DNA of 64,000 nucleotides, from NCBI GenBank assembly GCA_030704615.1, contig CM060734.1, forward strand, positions 16,864,001-16,928,000, given 5' to 3'. Shown in pieces: positions 1 to 13,122 of this stretch; within the stretch, counting starts at the first letter, position 1; every line of letters begins with the position of its first letter. This DNA is from Takakia lepidozioides. Lineage: Eukaryota; Plantae; Bryophyta. A model generated the notes under the pieces. The model did not search any database. It had not been told where the DNA came from and saw nothing but the letters and a program-made list of their open reading frames with translations. The translations under genes were made by a program, and so were the position numbers.

Positions 1-3000
1 CTGTCTGTGGGCAGGGTGTAGGGCCACAGATGGCGGTACCTCCAACACGGGCAAAACCACCTTTTCTAATATATGCAGGAAAAGGGGATCCTGATGTACA
101 CATCAGCTAATTTGAGTACATGTGTATTGTGAACAATGAGAATGGCAATGATGCCAAGATGATACTGTTTCCTTGTTCACTTATCAAGAAAGCAAGTGAA
201 TGGTATGCAAGGTTTCCTAATAATAATTTCCTAACCTGGAATGGCCTTAGTACAGCATTCCGAAACAGGTTCAGGACAAGTAAAACTGAGGATGAAGTGT
301 ATGGGAGTTTACAACAGTTAAGGCAAAAGAAGCATGAAACTGTTGAGGAGTACATGGAAAAGATGGAGTTAATGATGAAAAAGCTGGCTACTGTACCAGC
401 ACCAGGGTTACAGAAGACCTGGTTTGTGAGTGGACTAAGACCTGAATTACAAAAGAAAGTGGATATGCTACCCCATAATACAGTGGAAGAGGCATTCGAA
501 ACAACCAATAGAATTGAGCAAATGAGGAATGCTCAGGAGAGATAAAAGGGATGATGAGGACTCTGAAGAAGTCAGATGAGGAAGAAGAGCAAGAAGAAGG
601 AAAAGTTGAAGAGGGACAACTATGAGAAAAGACTAGAAGAAATCTTGAAAAAGTATGCCACAGAGGATGCAACACATTGGAGAAAGGGTGTTTGGTGTGC
701 AAAATGCCAGAATGAAGGCCATACCACAGCTGAATGTCACATGAAGGAGAAACACTGTACTATCTGTAAAATGGATAACCATTCTACTGAGAATTGTTAT
801 TACAACAGAAGGACAGCTGCAAGATAACCTAGGCAAGTGAGGGTGCATCAAGTGCAGCCCCAGCCAAGAAGAAACAATGATCAGGACCACTATGGTAGGC
901 CTGGTGGATATAACAATGGTATGGCAGGGAGAGGTAATCCAAGAGGGAATTACCAAGGCAATCCCAGAGGCAACTATCAGGGTAATCCAAGGAGGAATTA
1001 CCAGCCACGGAATCAAGATTATAGAAATAATCCCAGAATAGACCAAGGGCGAGGACCTAATGGAGAAGAACTATGTTACTATTGTAACCAGGCAGGTCAT
1101 CGCAAAGCAGCCTGTCCATTCTGGATCAGACACTAGAATGAGATGAGAGCTCCTGTGAATGAAGGCCCATTAGTGGCAGCTCACATGGTTAGGCCATGTT
1201 TTGTACCAGAAGTAAGTACAATGATAGTTACCAGAAGTAAAGCTAAACTAATACCTCCAGTGGATGAGGAAGAAGATGTTAATGAAGATGGCAGTGATGT
1301 GCCTGAAGATGATGAGGCATGGAGAGATGAGAAGGAACTGCACAAGGATCCTATGGCAGATTCTTCTGACTCTGAAAGAGAAGATGAAGAAGGTGAAGAT
1401 GAAATGAAGCAAGAGGCTTCACAAGTGTAGGATAATGAAGAGACTTTGGCTGAAGTAATATGCCAGTCCAAAGCTGAGATTACCATTGGACAGCTATTGG
1501 CTGTGGCACCTCATTGTAGGCATAGGCTGTATCAAGCAATCAATTAGATTGCTCATGTGACAGAGAACACAGACCTGAACAGCAAGGTGACAAGTTATAA
1601 TGTGAAGCCTGAAGGGCGAGAAACAGTCATGGACTTCGATGATTCTATGCCAGTAATCCAATTGAGAATTGGAAGCACAGACTTGACTGATGTACTGATA
1701 GATGGAGGCTCAGGAGTGAATATTATGACAGACCAATTAAGGCAGAAGCTTGGACTAAGTAACATGAAACCAGCTCCATTCATAGTAACAATGGCAGATC
1801 AAAGGAGTGTACAGCCATTGGGCTTGATAAGAGGAGTAAAGATATAGATTCAGAAGATGATCTTTAAGATCACAGTGACTGTGTTGAAAATGGATGATGT
1901 CATGGAAGCTTACTCCTTACTACTGGGTCGGCCGTGGCTGAAACAGGCCCGGGTATTCCATGACTGGAATTCCCAGTTACTGACTGTGCATGATAGGAAG
2001 CACAAGATACAGGTCACCACTAAGAAATCTAGTAGGCTACCTGCTACCAGAAGACCTCGTGGAGTCAGAGAGTATGACTGGAGGGGAGGGCTTGATGAGG
2101 AGCAGGAAGCTACACTGTTTGCTGCACACCCAGAGTGGGAGCAGGTTGCAGAAATACAACTTGGAGGCCTGAGTTGCTTTAAAGGTATCTGTTGTGGTGC
2201 AGTAACAGCAACACCAATTGAGGGGGAAATAAGTAGTTACCCACCACATTTCTATGAAGAAAGAGAGGGAGAAATAGAAATCCTAGAGGAACCAGCCACT
2301 GTGAGTTTACAGGATGACGTAGTGGCTGGATGGACAATCACAGCTGAGGAGCAGGTGAGAGAAGAGAATGTGGGAACTGAGGAAGAACCAAGAATGGTGA
2401 AAGTAAGGGCTGATTTGGAGCCAGAATTCTTTGAGGAAGCTAAGAGCTTATTTATCAAGTACAAAGATGTATTTGCTTAGAGTTATGAAGATCTAAAAGG
2501 GATACCACCTGAGATCTGCCAGCATAAGATTGAACTGGAACCAGGGTCGGTACCAATCAAACAGGCAAGGTACATGATGAATCCCAACTATGCACAAAAG
2601 GTTGGGGAGGAGATCAAGAAGTTGGCTGAAGCTAAGTTCATATACCCGATAGAGTATACAACTTGGCTATCACCCATTGTGATAGTTCCCAAGAAGAATG
2701 GCAAACTGAGAGTTTGTGTGAACTATAAGAAGTTGAATGATTGTACAAAGAAAGATCTATTTCCTTTGTCATTTCACAGAAGCTGTACTGGACACTGTGG
2801 CAGGCCATGAGATGTACTCATTTATGGATGGGGCTTTAGTGGGTATAACCAAGTGCAAGTAGCGGAAGAAGACCAGGGAAAGACAGCTTTCATCACAGAG
2901 TGGGGTGCTTATGCATACAAAGTCATGCCTTTTGGACTTTGTAATGCACCAGCAACTTTCCAGAGAGTGATAAATGAATCTTTCCATGAGTATCTGGATG

Positions 3001-3790
3001 ATTTCATGCAAGTGTTCTTAGATGACTTTAGTGTGTACAACTCTAAGAATGAGCACTTGCAAAAGTTGGAGTTATGTTTGGCCAGATGCAGGATGAGAGG
3101 TCTTGGTCTGAATCCAGAAAAGTGTACTTTCTGTGTAAACTCAGGGGTACTTCTGGGACACTACCAGTGGAATTCTTATTACCTACCATGAGAACTGAAT
3201 GGGGAAGGAGAATGGAATTGGAGGATTCAATTCAAGTAAGGAAACATGAATTATATCATGTGGAAGAAGTACGTGCTGATGCAGCAGATAACATGACCAG
3301 AATTCAGATGAAGATGAAGGATCGGTTTGATGAAGGTAAATTGAAGACTTTTAAGATGGGTGATTTGGTACTGTAAAGATTAAAGCTTCTAATCTTAAGT
3401 CACCATGGAAAGGACCTATGTCATATAAAAGATGTATGATAATAACACAGTTATGTTACAAACCATTAACAAAGAGATGCTTGGTAGAGTCAATGGCAAT
3501 AAGTTGAAGGGATACAGTGGTATCCATGATAGACCATTGCAGCATGATTTGCATCTTGAAACACAGATGCAGTCACAGACTACACCGGTAACGCCAACGG
3601 AGCATGAAGCACTTGTCGTAAAGCCGAATGTGTATGGCCATAGCAGAGAATACGGGTGTTCACACAGCCATCACAGCCCACCACAGTCTAACACAGCAAA
3701 TCACAGCCCACCACAATTTAACACAGCATATCACAGCTCACCACAGCTTGACACAGCCTGTCACAGCCCAACACAGCCCACAAGGTTGCA
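1..3790 (+). mobile_element. Ty3/Gypsy LTR retrotransposon remnant G1 (gag, protease, partial RT, integrase tail), degenerate
   Basis: Gag (PDVHI..F, CCHC knuckles CAKC..GH...C and CYYC..GH...C), aspartic protease VLIDGGSGVN, and RT KNGKLRVCVNYKKL and FLDDF. Many stops. Near 3160 the RT joins directly to the integrase end, relative to the fuller copy G3. Confidence 0.95.
3660..3782 (+). repeat. ~30-bp CACAGC-rich tandem repeat downstream of Gypsy integrase
   Basis: tcacagcccaccacag units. The same array occurs at 49410-49545 and, inverted, at 60515-60670. Confidence 0.85.
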
Positions 3791-5760
3791 GATAATAGGA
3801 AGAAACTGGATTCTCATACAGTAGAGTGTACATTTCTGGGATACAGTGAAGAGGCTAAAGCTTATAGATTGTGAGGGTGAGTTCATCTAACAGAGATCTA
3901 GATACAGTATTGCCGAGAGGAGAAGAATTAGGTTCAATCCCACAACAAAGACGGTCTGTCAGAAATAAGAAAACACCTGATAGATTAATAGAAACTATTG
4001 AGGGAAGGAAGCCTTGGAGAGCACTTATTACTCAATCATCTATAATAGAACCTACTACTCTTAAAGAGGCTTTATCAGGGTCAGATGCACTTCACTGGGA
4101 GAAAGCTATTGAGTCATAACTTTTGTCATTTAAAAAGAATAACACCTGGTCATTAATTGAATTACCTGCTAATCGTAAAACAATAGGGTGTAAATGGGTT
4201 TTTAAGGTGAAATTAAAAGCTGATGGAAGTATAGAAAAATCTAAAGCACGCTTAGTAGCAAAGGGTTACTCTCAGATTAAAGGGGAAGATTATGATGACA
4301 CGTTTGCACTTGTAGTAAAGATCACATCAATTAGAGTTATTCTAGCTATAGCAGCTCAATTTGATTTGGAAGTCAAACAAATGGATGTTAAAACGGCATT
4401 TCTAAATGGCCATCTAGAAGAAGATATCTACATGGATATACCAGAAGGACTTAGTTTACAGTCAAATACAGAGTTGGTTTGTAAGTTAAACATATCACTT
4501 TATGGACTGAAGCAAGCACCTAGAGCATGGTACCAACGGATTGACACGTTTTTAAGATCTGTGGGATTTCAACGTAGTACCGCAGACACTAATGTCTATG
4601 TTATACAACATGGATACATGTAACCCTGTATCTACTCCATTGGAAACTGGAGTGAAGTTGTCACAGGAAGATAGTCCTAAAACCCTGGAAGAAAAGAAGA
4701 CTACGGAATGTGTTCCATATCAGAGCGCAGTAGGAAGCCTTATGTTTGCTATGGTATGTACAAGACCAGACATATCATATGTTATTGGAACAGTGGTGCA
4801 ATATTTGAGCAATCCAGGAGAGAAGCATTAGTGTGTTGTGAAGAGAATCATTCGGTACTTACAAGGTACCAAAGAAAAGGGAGTAGTGTTTAAAAGGAAC
4901 TTAGATGAAGTCTTTCCTTTGCAAGGTTACTCGGATGCGGATTGGGCTGGAGATGTAGACAGCAGGCGCTCAACATCAGGGTACTGCTTCATTTTTTCAA
5001 GTGGAGTGGTCAGTTGGGCAAGTAAGAAACAACGCGCAGTGGCTTTGTCAAGCACTGAAGCAGAATACATGTCTTTGTCAAGAGCAGCTACGGAAGCCAT
5101 TTGGCTTCGAAGGCTATTCAAGGATCTGGGGTTATCTCAGAGAAATCCAACTTATATCTTCTGTGATAACCAAAGTGCAATAGCCTTAACAGAGAATCCG
5201 AAGTTCCATGCTAGGAGTAAGCACATCGACATACAGTTTCATTTCATTCGAGAGCAAGTGATGGCAGAGGAGCTTCGAGTCAGCTACTGTAGAACAGAAG
5301 AAATGTTGGCAGATGTACTTACCAAGAGCTTGTCGAAGGAGAAACACTATCACTGTATACAGGGAATGGGAATGCTAGAAATCAATTCAGACATTGATCA
5401 GAAAAACCCTGCAAAAGAAAATAAGAAGTTTAGACACCTTAATAATTAATTAACTAATCTCTCGTCAGTGGGAGTGTTAGAAATAAATGACGACTGCACA
5501 CAAAAACCGGAGACGGGAGGCGGAGCGATGGCGGAGCTACAACGGTCGTTTTTTGTTCTCTCTTCCCATGTTTTCCCAATATTCTCTTACCACAGTTTGC
5601 GAGCAGGGGAGTCTCACTGCTCCACAACTACACGGTGATTCAAGAGCTTCTTTTACATATATTTTTCAAGCAACAATGGATATCAACATTCATTCTGAAA
5701 ATAGTGTTTTTAGTTCATCAACTTCATCTTTGCCTTTTCTTCTTCTCTTTTATCTCCTCT
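3791..5760 (+). mobile_element. Ty1/Copia remnant (SH3-like region, RT, RNase H, PPT, start of 3' LTR)
   Basis: RKKLD...FLGYSEEAKAYRL, IGCKWVFK, KARLVAKGYSQ, QMDVKTAFLNG, LYGLKQAPRAW, GYSDADWAG, SSTEAEY, RSKHIDIQFHF. PPT AGTGGGAG at 5467-5474 is followed by TGTTAG at 5475. The YVDD region is deleted near 4610. The right boundary is uncertain. Confidence 0.92.
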
Positions 5761-6075
5761 AGCCAGCCAGAATCCCTAGCAATAAGCATTGAAGCCGCCA
5801 AATCTCTATCCTCCCTCCCCCACCGCCCTATTTTTTAGCTCCTCCATCAATCACGTCTTTCGCTTCGTCCATAATCTTCGAGTTTAAGCATTGTTCTCAG
5901 GGTTGGTTTAGGGTGTAGTTCTCGCTTTCTGTCATCCCCTTCTAGCTACACATAAGAGTCGCTTTCAAAAATCAGCTTTATTTGCCTTCTGTTGAGTAAG
6001 TGTGATTAGAATAGGTGTCTTCACCTCCTTAGTCAAATCCCTCCCTCTCTCCACTTTACTCTTTCTCTTCCCTCA

Positions 6076-7459
6076 ATGGCCCCTGGCTTCTTTAAATCCC
6101 TCCTCAAAGATTCGATGGACTCTAGGTTCCCCAACGGAGGTCACTATCAGCAACAAAGGAGAACCCATCCCTCGACAGGAACTGGATTTTTTCAGGCCCA
6201 CCAGGAGCGCTCCAAGATCCTCTCCAACAGAAACCCAGTAAGAAACTCCCCCCCAGACATTCCCAGCCCGATTTCCCCACTGCAGCCGTTCTTTAAAATT
6301 CCACGTCTCCATTCCGATACAGAGGACAGTCCCCTCCCACCGCCGACAAATGATGATTGGTCTAACGATACAACAGCGCATCAGGATGAGTTGGATAAGG
6401 ACTACCATCTCATCCATTTGAATGTTTCCGATCTTCAAAAAAGAGTGTCAACAATGGAGGAACACGGGATCTTAATCCACTTTCCAGGGAAAAAGGTGGA
6501 CAGGGCCACTGTGCGTGACTGGGCAATAAGACACCTTGGAGGACCAGGTGAACTCAATCAGCTATTCTGCCATGCAAAAGGTAGGGGCTTTTTCTCCATA
6601 GTCTTTGAATCAAAGGAGGCTGCCAACCAAGCCCTTGCGTTTAACCCACACACAAGGGGTTTCAATGTCAACATCTTCCCGTGATCCGCAAAAATGGGCC
6701 ACAGAAATGGCAAATTGTGGGGGCCAAGGATCGTATCGGTGCCCTACATTCCTGATCAGTACTTAGTGAACTTGCCTGACATAGCCAACCACTTTGGCTC
6801 CTACCCTGGATGTCTAGTAGTTTTTGACCCCCTGATGTGCACACTAAGCTTAAGACAGGATCCGGCTTGGAGCTCGGCCACAATAGCATCTAGACTCAAT
6901 GAAACGGGCAATGCCAAGTTTGTTTTGATGATGCCCAATGAGGAGGCCCTGCCACACTATGTCAGGGCTGCCAATCGACGATGAGGGCAATTATTTCACT
7001 ATACGGTTAATTGAGGATACCACCTATGCAGCTTGCTTCAACTGTGGACTTTTGAGGCATATCAAGCTCAACTGCCCTTCTGTGAAACGTAAGAGATTGC
7101 CTCCTTTCGCCCCTGTGGCTGAACAGTCTCTAGATCTCTGGAAACCAACAGCAGCAGGCACCTCCACAGTTCCAGGATCAACCCCAGGGTCAACCATCAA
7201 GGCTTTTGCCCGTCAACAATCAGGATGCCCTTTTGTCTCTCCTCCCAACTTGGACATCACTAGGGACCCAATGCAAGAGGAAATCCAAGCCCATCAGCAT
7301 CAACATCGGAGGTCCTCTACATCCAAAGGCAAAGAAAAAGTGCTGGAACAGGAACATCATTCTGCCCCTCCAATCCAGCTGACAAGCCCCTCTTCTAAAG
7401 GAGGCCCACAGATAACAACAGGTATATCCTGCAACACATCCTTGCCAATCGGTGCCTAA
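6076..7459 (+). pseudogene. LINE (L1-type) ORF1-like protein, disrupted
   Basis: GRGFFSIVFESKEAANQAL (DUF4283/RRM-like), WGPRIVSVP, and zinc knuckle CFNCGLLRHIKLNC. Split over three ORFs by a stop and a frameshift. Confidence 0.75.
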
Positions 7460-7878
7460 CACAGGCTCATTTTCAGACCTGGACCTCATTGGATGTTCTG
7501 CCCTGGAAACATTTGCGGCCCCTCAGGCCTCCTGCGTTACACCTCTGATATTTAGAAGAGGCAAGCCCCCCGGAATTCTTATCACATCTGACGATTTGGA
7601 AATGGAGTTTGATGATAGAGGGGTATATGAATTTGGGTCAGAGCATCCCCACCGGTGTCCTCAAATGCCACGGCAACGGTACTCGAGCCCCCGGCCATGG
7701 TATCCGCACCCCCGGGCCCGGTGCAGGAGCCGGGCCCTCGTCAACCCGGCCGGTACCTGCTGAAGCGACTAAAAAGCACGCCGGCGTGCATTTATGGCGT
7801 GCTAGTAAGGCGGTGTCTGCTAGGTGGTCCCTCCGCAGCAAGGCGCGTCATCAAAAATTACATGTGCAGGCTAGTTTG

Positions 7879-7962
7879 ATGGAGTTGCCGCTGGGGGAGG
7901 GGAGTGTTGGAGGCCGCGGGATGGAGTTGCCGCTGGGGGAGGGGAGTGTTGGAGGCCGCGGG
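7879..7962 (+). repeat. 42-bp G-rich tandem duplication (2 copies)
   Basis: atggagttgccgctgggggaggggagtgttggaggccgcggg appears twice, exactly. Confidence 0.95.
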
Positions 7963-7979
7963 AGGTTACCGTGCAGTGG

Positions 7980-9260
7980 TGTTTAGTGTACCCCCAGGGA
8001 GATGCTCTTAGATGGGATACATAATGAGGAATAACATTGTGGGTAATAGTCGGGTTGGTCCCTGGTAGCGAGTAGGTCATTTTTGCCGGGTAATATTTAT
8101 AAGGGTGAATATTGTGAGGTAGGTGTAGATGGATGATGGGATGGAGGTAGGTGGGGGTTATAGTTTTTAATGTGGTGGGAATATTGTAGGTAGGTGAGTA
8201 GCCTGGATGGATGACATCTAGCAGAGAGGATGATAGTACATGTGAATGAATGAAGTGACGGTGATGGGTGGTAGCTGGATGATATGTATCCGCACAATAG
8301 TGAGTAGCATAATGATAATGGTGATTGACATTGGGTAAAATCATGGAGTAAAAGTATTTGTGTAGAATCATGGAGTAAAAGTGTTTGTGTAAAATCATGG
8401 AGTAAAAGCATTTGTGTAAAATTGCGTGAGGAGAGTAGCCATTGTGTAGAGAAATAGGGCCAGTGTGTCCAAGCAGCTTGTTGAGAGGAGGATGGAAGCA
8501 CTTGGTGATCCTCGTTTGGAAGAGATCCTGTAAGAAAGAAATGAGGGATAGCTCGATGGACAGACAGTGTTGAGTGTATATTAGAGGTTACGTTATGGGA
8601 TGAAGCCATGTCGTATAAATAAGAGAGGTACATGCTAAACACTGGATACAGTTGTGAGGGCAGGTGGTATTGTTGTGAGGGGGGCGGATATAGTAAGGCA
8701 GAGGTAAGTAAGGTCTGATAAAACCAGGAGACCATTGATTTTGGGTATGGAAGAAGGCAGCAGACTTGGCAATCAGCGAATGCACATTGACTTCAGGAGC
8801 CCATAGAATTGAAAGGGAGTTATGCAGCACATATGAAAGTGATACGATGAAAGGAATTGTAGGTGAGTCATGGTAGTTACCTGTGGTGATAGTATGCTTC
8901 AACTGATGAGGATTGAAAGGGCTTGTACCTGGCGGAGTAGAGTAAGGTACCAGGGATGATGACTGGCATAAGGCAGTTTGTCGTTAGTACTGGTCTTGAG
9001 CAGCAGGGTGTTTTGTGGGTGTGCGTGGCTGATCCAGCTGAGTAGTGAGATACCAATATTTGAGGTCGGGAGACCATCTGTGACATAACAACTTTGCATC
9101 AGGGGTTGATGATAGTTCGTTGTGAATAGCACATGATCTTCTGTTCTTAGAAAAGGAAGAAAAGAACCATGGTTGGGGGAAGGGGTGAGTGTGCTCCCTG
9201 AGTATAAGATGATATTGAGATGGTTGGGGACGAAGATGGATTCCGTCGAGCAATATTATT
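7980..9260 (-). mobile_element. Highly degenerate repeat, probably LINE ORF2-derived
   Basis: C/A-rich minus strand giving H/T/P/L-rich translations typical of decayed plant LINEs. No clean diagnostic motif was seen. Confidence 0.3.
8339..8419 (+). repeat. 27-bp tandem repeat x3
   Basis: aatcatggagtaaaagtatttgtgtag and variants. Confidence 0.9.
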
Positions 9261-9269
9261 GAACACTTG

Positions 9270-10770
9270 GTGTGCAACCTCTGTTTGCCCTTTTCCAAGA
9301 GTCCAATACTGGCACCAGCATTTAGAAGGCCAAAGAATGTAACTCCGTTGGGTGCTACCCCTTCCTGGAGCATTTGCTCATCTTTAATCAAAGCATCTCT
9401 GCCACACTCTTGCTGAGCATGTCCTGTAATCACGAGTTGGTGACCGACATCAACCTCACCACAGTCTGGTTGTGGTATCGCACCAGTAGCCAACTCGGAC
9501 TGCTGTCTCTGCTGTGGAAGCGAGAATGATTCAACTGAAAGATCTCTGTCGAATACTCCTTTCGCATCCTCGATGCACCCACATTTTGCATACATGTCCA
9601 CCAGGGCAGTGTTCAGAATGACAGTTGGTACAGTTCCAGCTCTAGCAGTAGTGTACATATGAGTGTTGGCATACATGATAAGTGTGGTAAGGTCATCGTA
9701 GAGTGACATGAAAGTGGACACGTACCCGGCAGAAGTATAACTGAAGGATTGGAAAAGCAATGAAGGGGTTGCGATAGGTGACCATACCAATTGGTCTACA
9801 AATCGGGCAGCAGGTGCCCTTACCAGTACTGGTGAATGTGGGCAATGGAGGGAAGGGTAGGTGTACTCCCTGTGAATTAAAGGGCTTTGAGAAGGCTGGG
9901 AGCGGGGCTGGAGTCTCCTCAGCTACCTATGCCGGAGCACTGGGTTGATAGTGTTGATTGACGTGCATCCTTCATGCTCTCATATTTGGCATACATATCT
10001 GCAAGGGCAGTCTCCAAGACGACATCTGTAGCCATTCCAGCTTTGACATGGCCATCCAACCTGGCCTGCTGCTTCTGCTGTGGAGGCAGGAGTAATTCAA
10101 CAAGAAGATCTCTGGGCATAGGAGGCTGGATCAGGCTGGATCAGGTTGGAGCAGGTTGGAGCAGGCTTGGAGCAGGCTGGTGCAGGTTGGAGCAGGTTGG
10201 AGCAGGCTGGAGCGGGTTCTTTCCCCAAGGTCCCTAGGCTAACACATGTATTGAGGGTGCTGCCAGTGACTTTGTTTGGTTTGACATGCTCACGTTGCAT
10301 TTGCCAAAAGAGTTCTAAGGCTGCATCCCCTTGACCATTCTGAGTAGACCCTTTGATCATTGCAGTCCAAGAGACTACATTCCATTCAGGCATTTTGAAG
10401 AACACTCTGCGATATACAACACACTCCCACACTTGCAATACATGGCGACAAGGGCAGTCCCCACAAACAGATCTGATGCAAATCCAGCCTTAATGATTGC
10501 CGCATGGATTTGCTTGCCCTGCTCCAGAGCTGCTGGGATGGTACATGCATTGAGGACGCTAAGAAAAGTGATCTTGTTTGGTTTCAAGCCTGCTCGCTGC
10601 ATTTGGCCAAATAGTTTAAATGCCTGCTCACCATGTTGTGGGGGCAGGTCATTGCATAGGCATTGAGTGGATGGCTGAGCCATCTTGTCAAAAACTTGAC
10701 GTGCATCCTTTACACTTCCGCTGTTGGCATACATGTTGACGGGGGCTGTCTCCAGAGAGAATCCAGGTTG
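9270..10770 (-). pseudogene. Fragments of PLS-class pentatricopeptide-repeat (PPR) gene(s) interleaved with unrelated sequence
   Basis: TALVDMYAKCGCIEDAKGVFD, MLQEGVAPNGVTFFGLLNA, NVVSWTAMIKG..QNGQGDAALELFWQM, KPNKITFLSVLNAC...LEQGKQIHA, DLFVGTALVAMYCKCG. Frameshifts and insertions throughout. Confidence 0.9.
10122..10213 (+). repeat. 10-bp tandem repeat (gcaggYtgga) inserted in PPR fragment
   Basis: About nine copies of gcaggttgga/gcaggctgga. Confidence 0.9.
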
Positions 10771-12768
10771 GCTCGTCACATTGCAGGTACTGATTATGTG
10801 TGCCTTAGGCCTGATCAGCAGGTAGTGTGTCTGCAGGTTGTGAACTGCACTGGCGAGGCGTGGGGTCAGCTTGAAACAAGATTCTTCGGACTGGGTAGTG
10901 TCACCAGGAGCTGCAATGCTGGTGGCTTGGCCATGGCTGGCCCGGATGGTGAGAGATTGCCGGCGGGGATACTGCAGCTGATTGAGTGATGACAAGTCAG
11001 TGTTGTTGACTCCAGGATTTCTGGCGACGAGTGGATGCATAGGGAGCCTGTTGTAAATCTGAGATGGGGGCACCTGATTGGATAGTGGTAAATCAGCGTG
11101 GTTGTCTCCATAATTTATGGTGACGAGTGGATGCCAAGGAATTAGCCCGGATACAGCGGATACAGCTTTGACGCAGCTCATAGGAAGTCGGTGGCTCTCC
11201 TCCCGAGCACCTGGGCTGCCGTATGCCCTGAGGTGATTGTAGAGCATAATGAACTTGGAAACCACAGACAGCTGCCACTGTCCAGCAAAAAGCAGCAGTG
11301 CTGCTTTACAATTCTTAGGCCTGCCCTCTCCATAGAAGATGCTTTGCTGGGGAGTAATTGTCAACTGAAGAACACTTGAGACATTGAAACTGTTCAACAG
11401 ACCACCTACATTTCGATTCAGCTGCACATCTGTAGGCCAGAGTGTTGCCCGTTGCAGATTTGCCATTGCTTCTGGTTCATACAAAGTAGGGTACCTGGGA
11501 AATGAATCTCTCCTTGACGAGTTGGTGAAAGCTTGCACGAGAACGTCGCCATCCTTAGCCAATTTCTTGGACGCTTTTGCTGGGAAAAGGGGACGGCCAG
11601 GCATACAATGCGTGTGCACTTGCTCTGTTTCTATGGAGACGCCCGCCAAATCAGTGTTCATTGGCGGGAGATCAGGGGTCATCTCAAAGCGGGGTTGAAT
11701 GGGCTCACCATAGAAGATGTCTCTCTGGAATGTACTTGCCAGCTGAAGTATACCTAAGACATTGACGCTGATCTGCGAGCCTCCTGCAATCTTGCCCCAG
11801 CCATATAGGATGCAATGCGAGAGTGTAAATGCCAGCAGAAGAATACCTGTCCGTGGGGAGCATCGGGGAAAGGACTCATTGCAAATACCATCTGTGAGAG
11901 CTCCTGCAGTGCACCCATAAACTGCAGAGGGCTCCAACTGCGATGCTACATTGACAGGATTGAAATAGTGGTTGTCACCCGGAGCTGCGATGCCCTCCAA
12001 ACGCCATTGCGAGTTGTCTCCAGATCTGCGAGCATGGAAGAGGGGGCAGCAAACTGCTCCAGTCTCGGTCTCTATAGCGACACCCAACAATACAGTGCTC
12101 ATTCGCGGAGAACCAGTGGTCATCTCAACGCGGGGGTGAATAGCCAACTGTGTCATTGCATTGATTTGACATAAAAACACGTTGTCAGTGTTGTAGATAG
12201 GTGAAGGTGACTGCAGGGCCTTGCACCAAGCAGCATACACTGTATTCCAACAATGAGGTTCTAATCCCCGCACGTCCAGTGGCAGCTTGGTGTTAGATGC
12301 CTCAGAATAAAATGCAGCACAGAGAGAAGGAGCTTTGGGTCGAGTCAAGACACTCATGTGTCTCCCTGTTTCTGAAGAGGGCCGCCAACTGGTGATGTGA
12401 ATCGTCACATGTGGTTTTGACAGCCATCGAGCAACTCCTGAGGGGGTATTCCAAAACACATTCAAGGGGGGGAGCTTTGCATAGAGCGGTAACAGCAGGG
12501 TTACCTCCATGATAGGGGTGTCTTGAGGGCTTCTCGAGCTGGCTCTTAGTGACTTCATCAGTCGGTGTGAGCCGGGGGGGATGGCGATCGAACGCCTGTA
12601 CACTCTTAACAATGTAAATCCTTGCCTGATACAACGGTGGAGGGTGGGAGGCCTGTCAGCTGCATATAGGGGCATCGTCATGAGCAGAGAGCTCGGGCGC
12701 CCAGCTATGATGGTGAAAATGCGACCGTGAAGAGACCTTGTGACCCAAAAAGTGGTCCTCATACGCAT
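10375..12768 (-). other. 797-codon chimeric ORF: decayed LINE C-terminal-like segment + internally duplicated unknown segment + PPR motifs
   Basis: The ORF is open in the supplied track. The C-terminus is PPR. The middle has paired motifs (IAAPGD x2, IFYGE x2, HPLV..N.G.N..DL..LNQ x2, EMT...P.M.T.L.GV.IETE x2). The N-terminus weakly resembles a LINE zf-RVT tail. Function as a gene is unsupported. Confidence 0.45.
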
Positions 12769-13122
12769 AAATGAAGCAGAATGAACTTAGGGTAGTGGAA
12801 GCTTTGCACCAAGAGGTAGTCTTAGTGCCACCATGGGGGAGCGGGGGTTCCAAAATCAGCCCGATCTTCCTCTTAGAATCGCCATTCGTTGTGGTGGGCC
12901 GGTAAGTATGTTGAACAGCTGCATCAGCGCGCCTCGCTGTGGAGAGTTTGTCCTTATACAGAGGGGGAGGGTGGTAGAGCTTCCACCCGCGCAGCGGGTC
13001 CTCATCGTAGGCAGAAAGCTGCAGAGCCGCGCTATGGCGGCGAAGGTGCCAAGAGCTGGAATGATAGTCGGCAGGTTGCACCTTGATGAGAGCCGGTACC
13101 TGGGCATCAAAGAGTAAGCACG

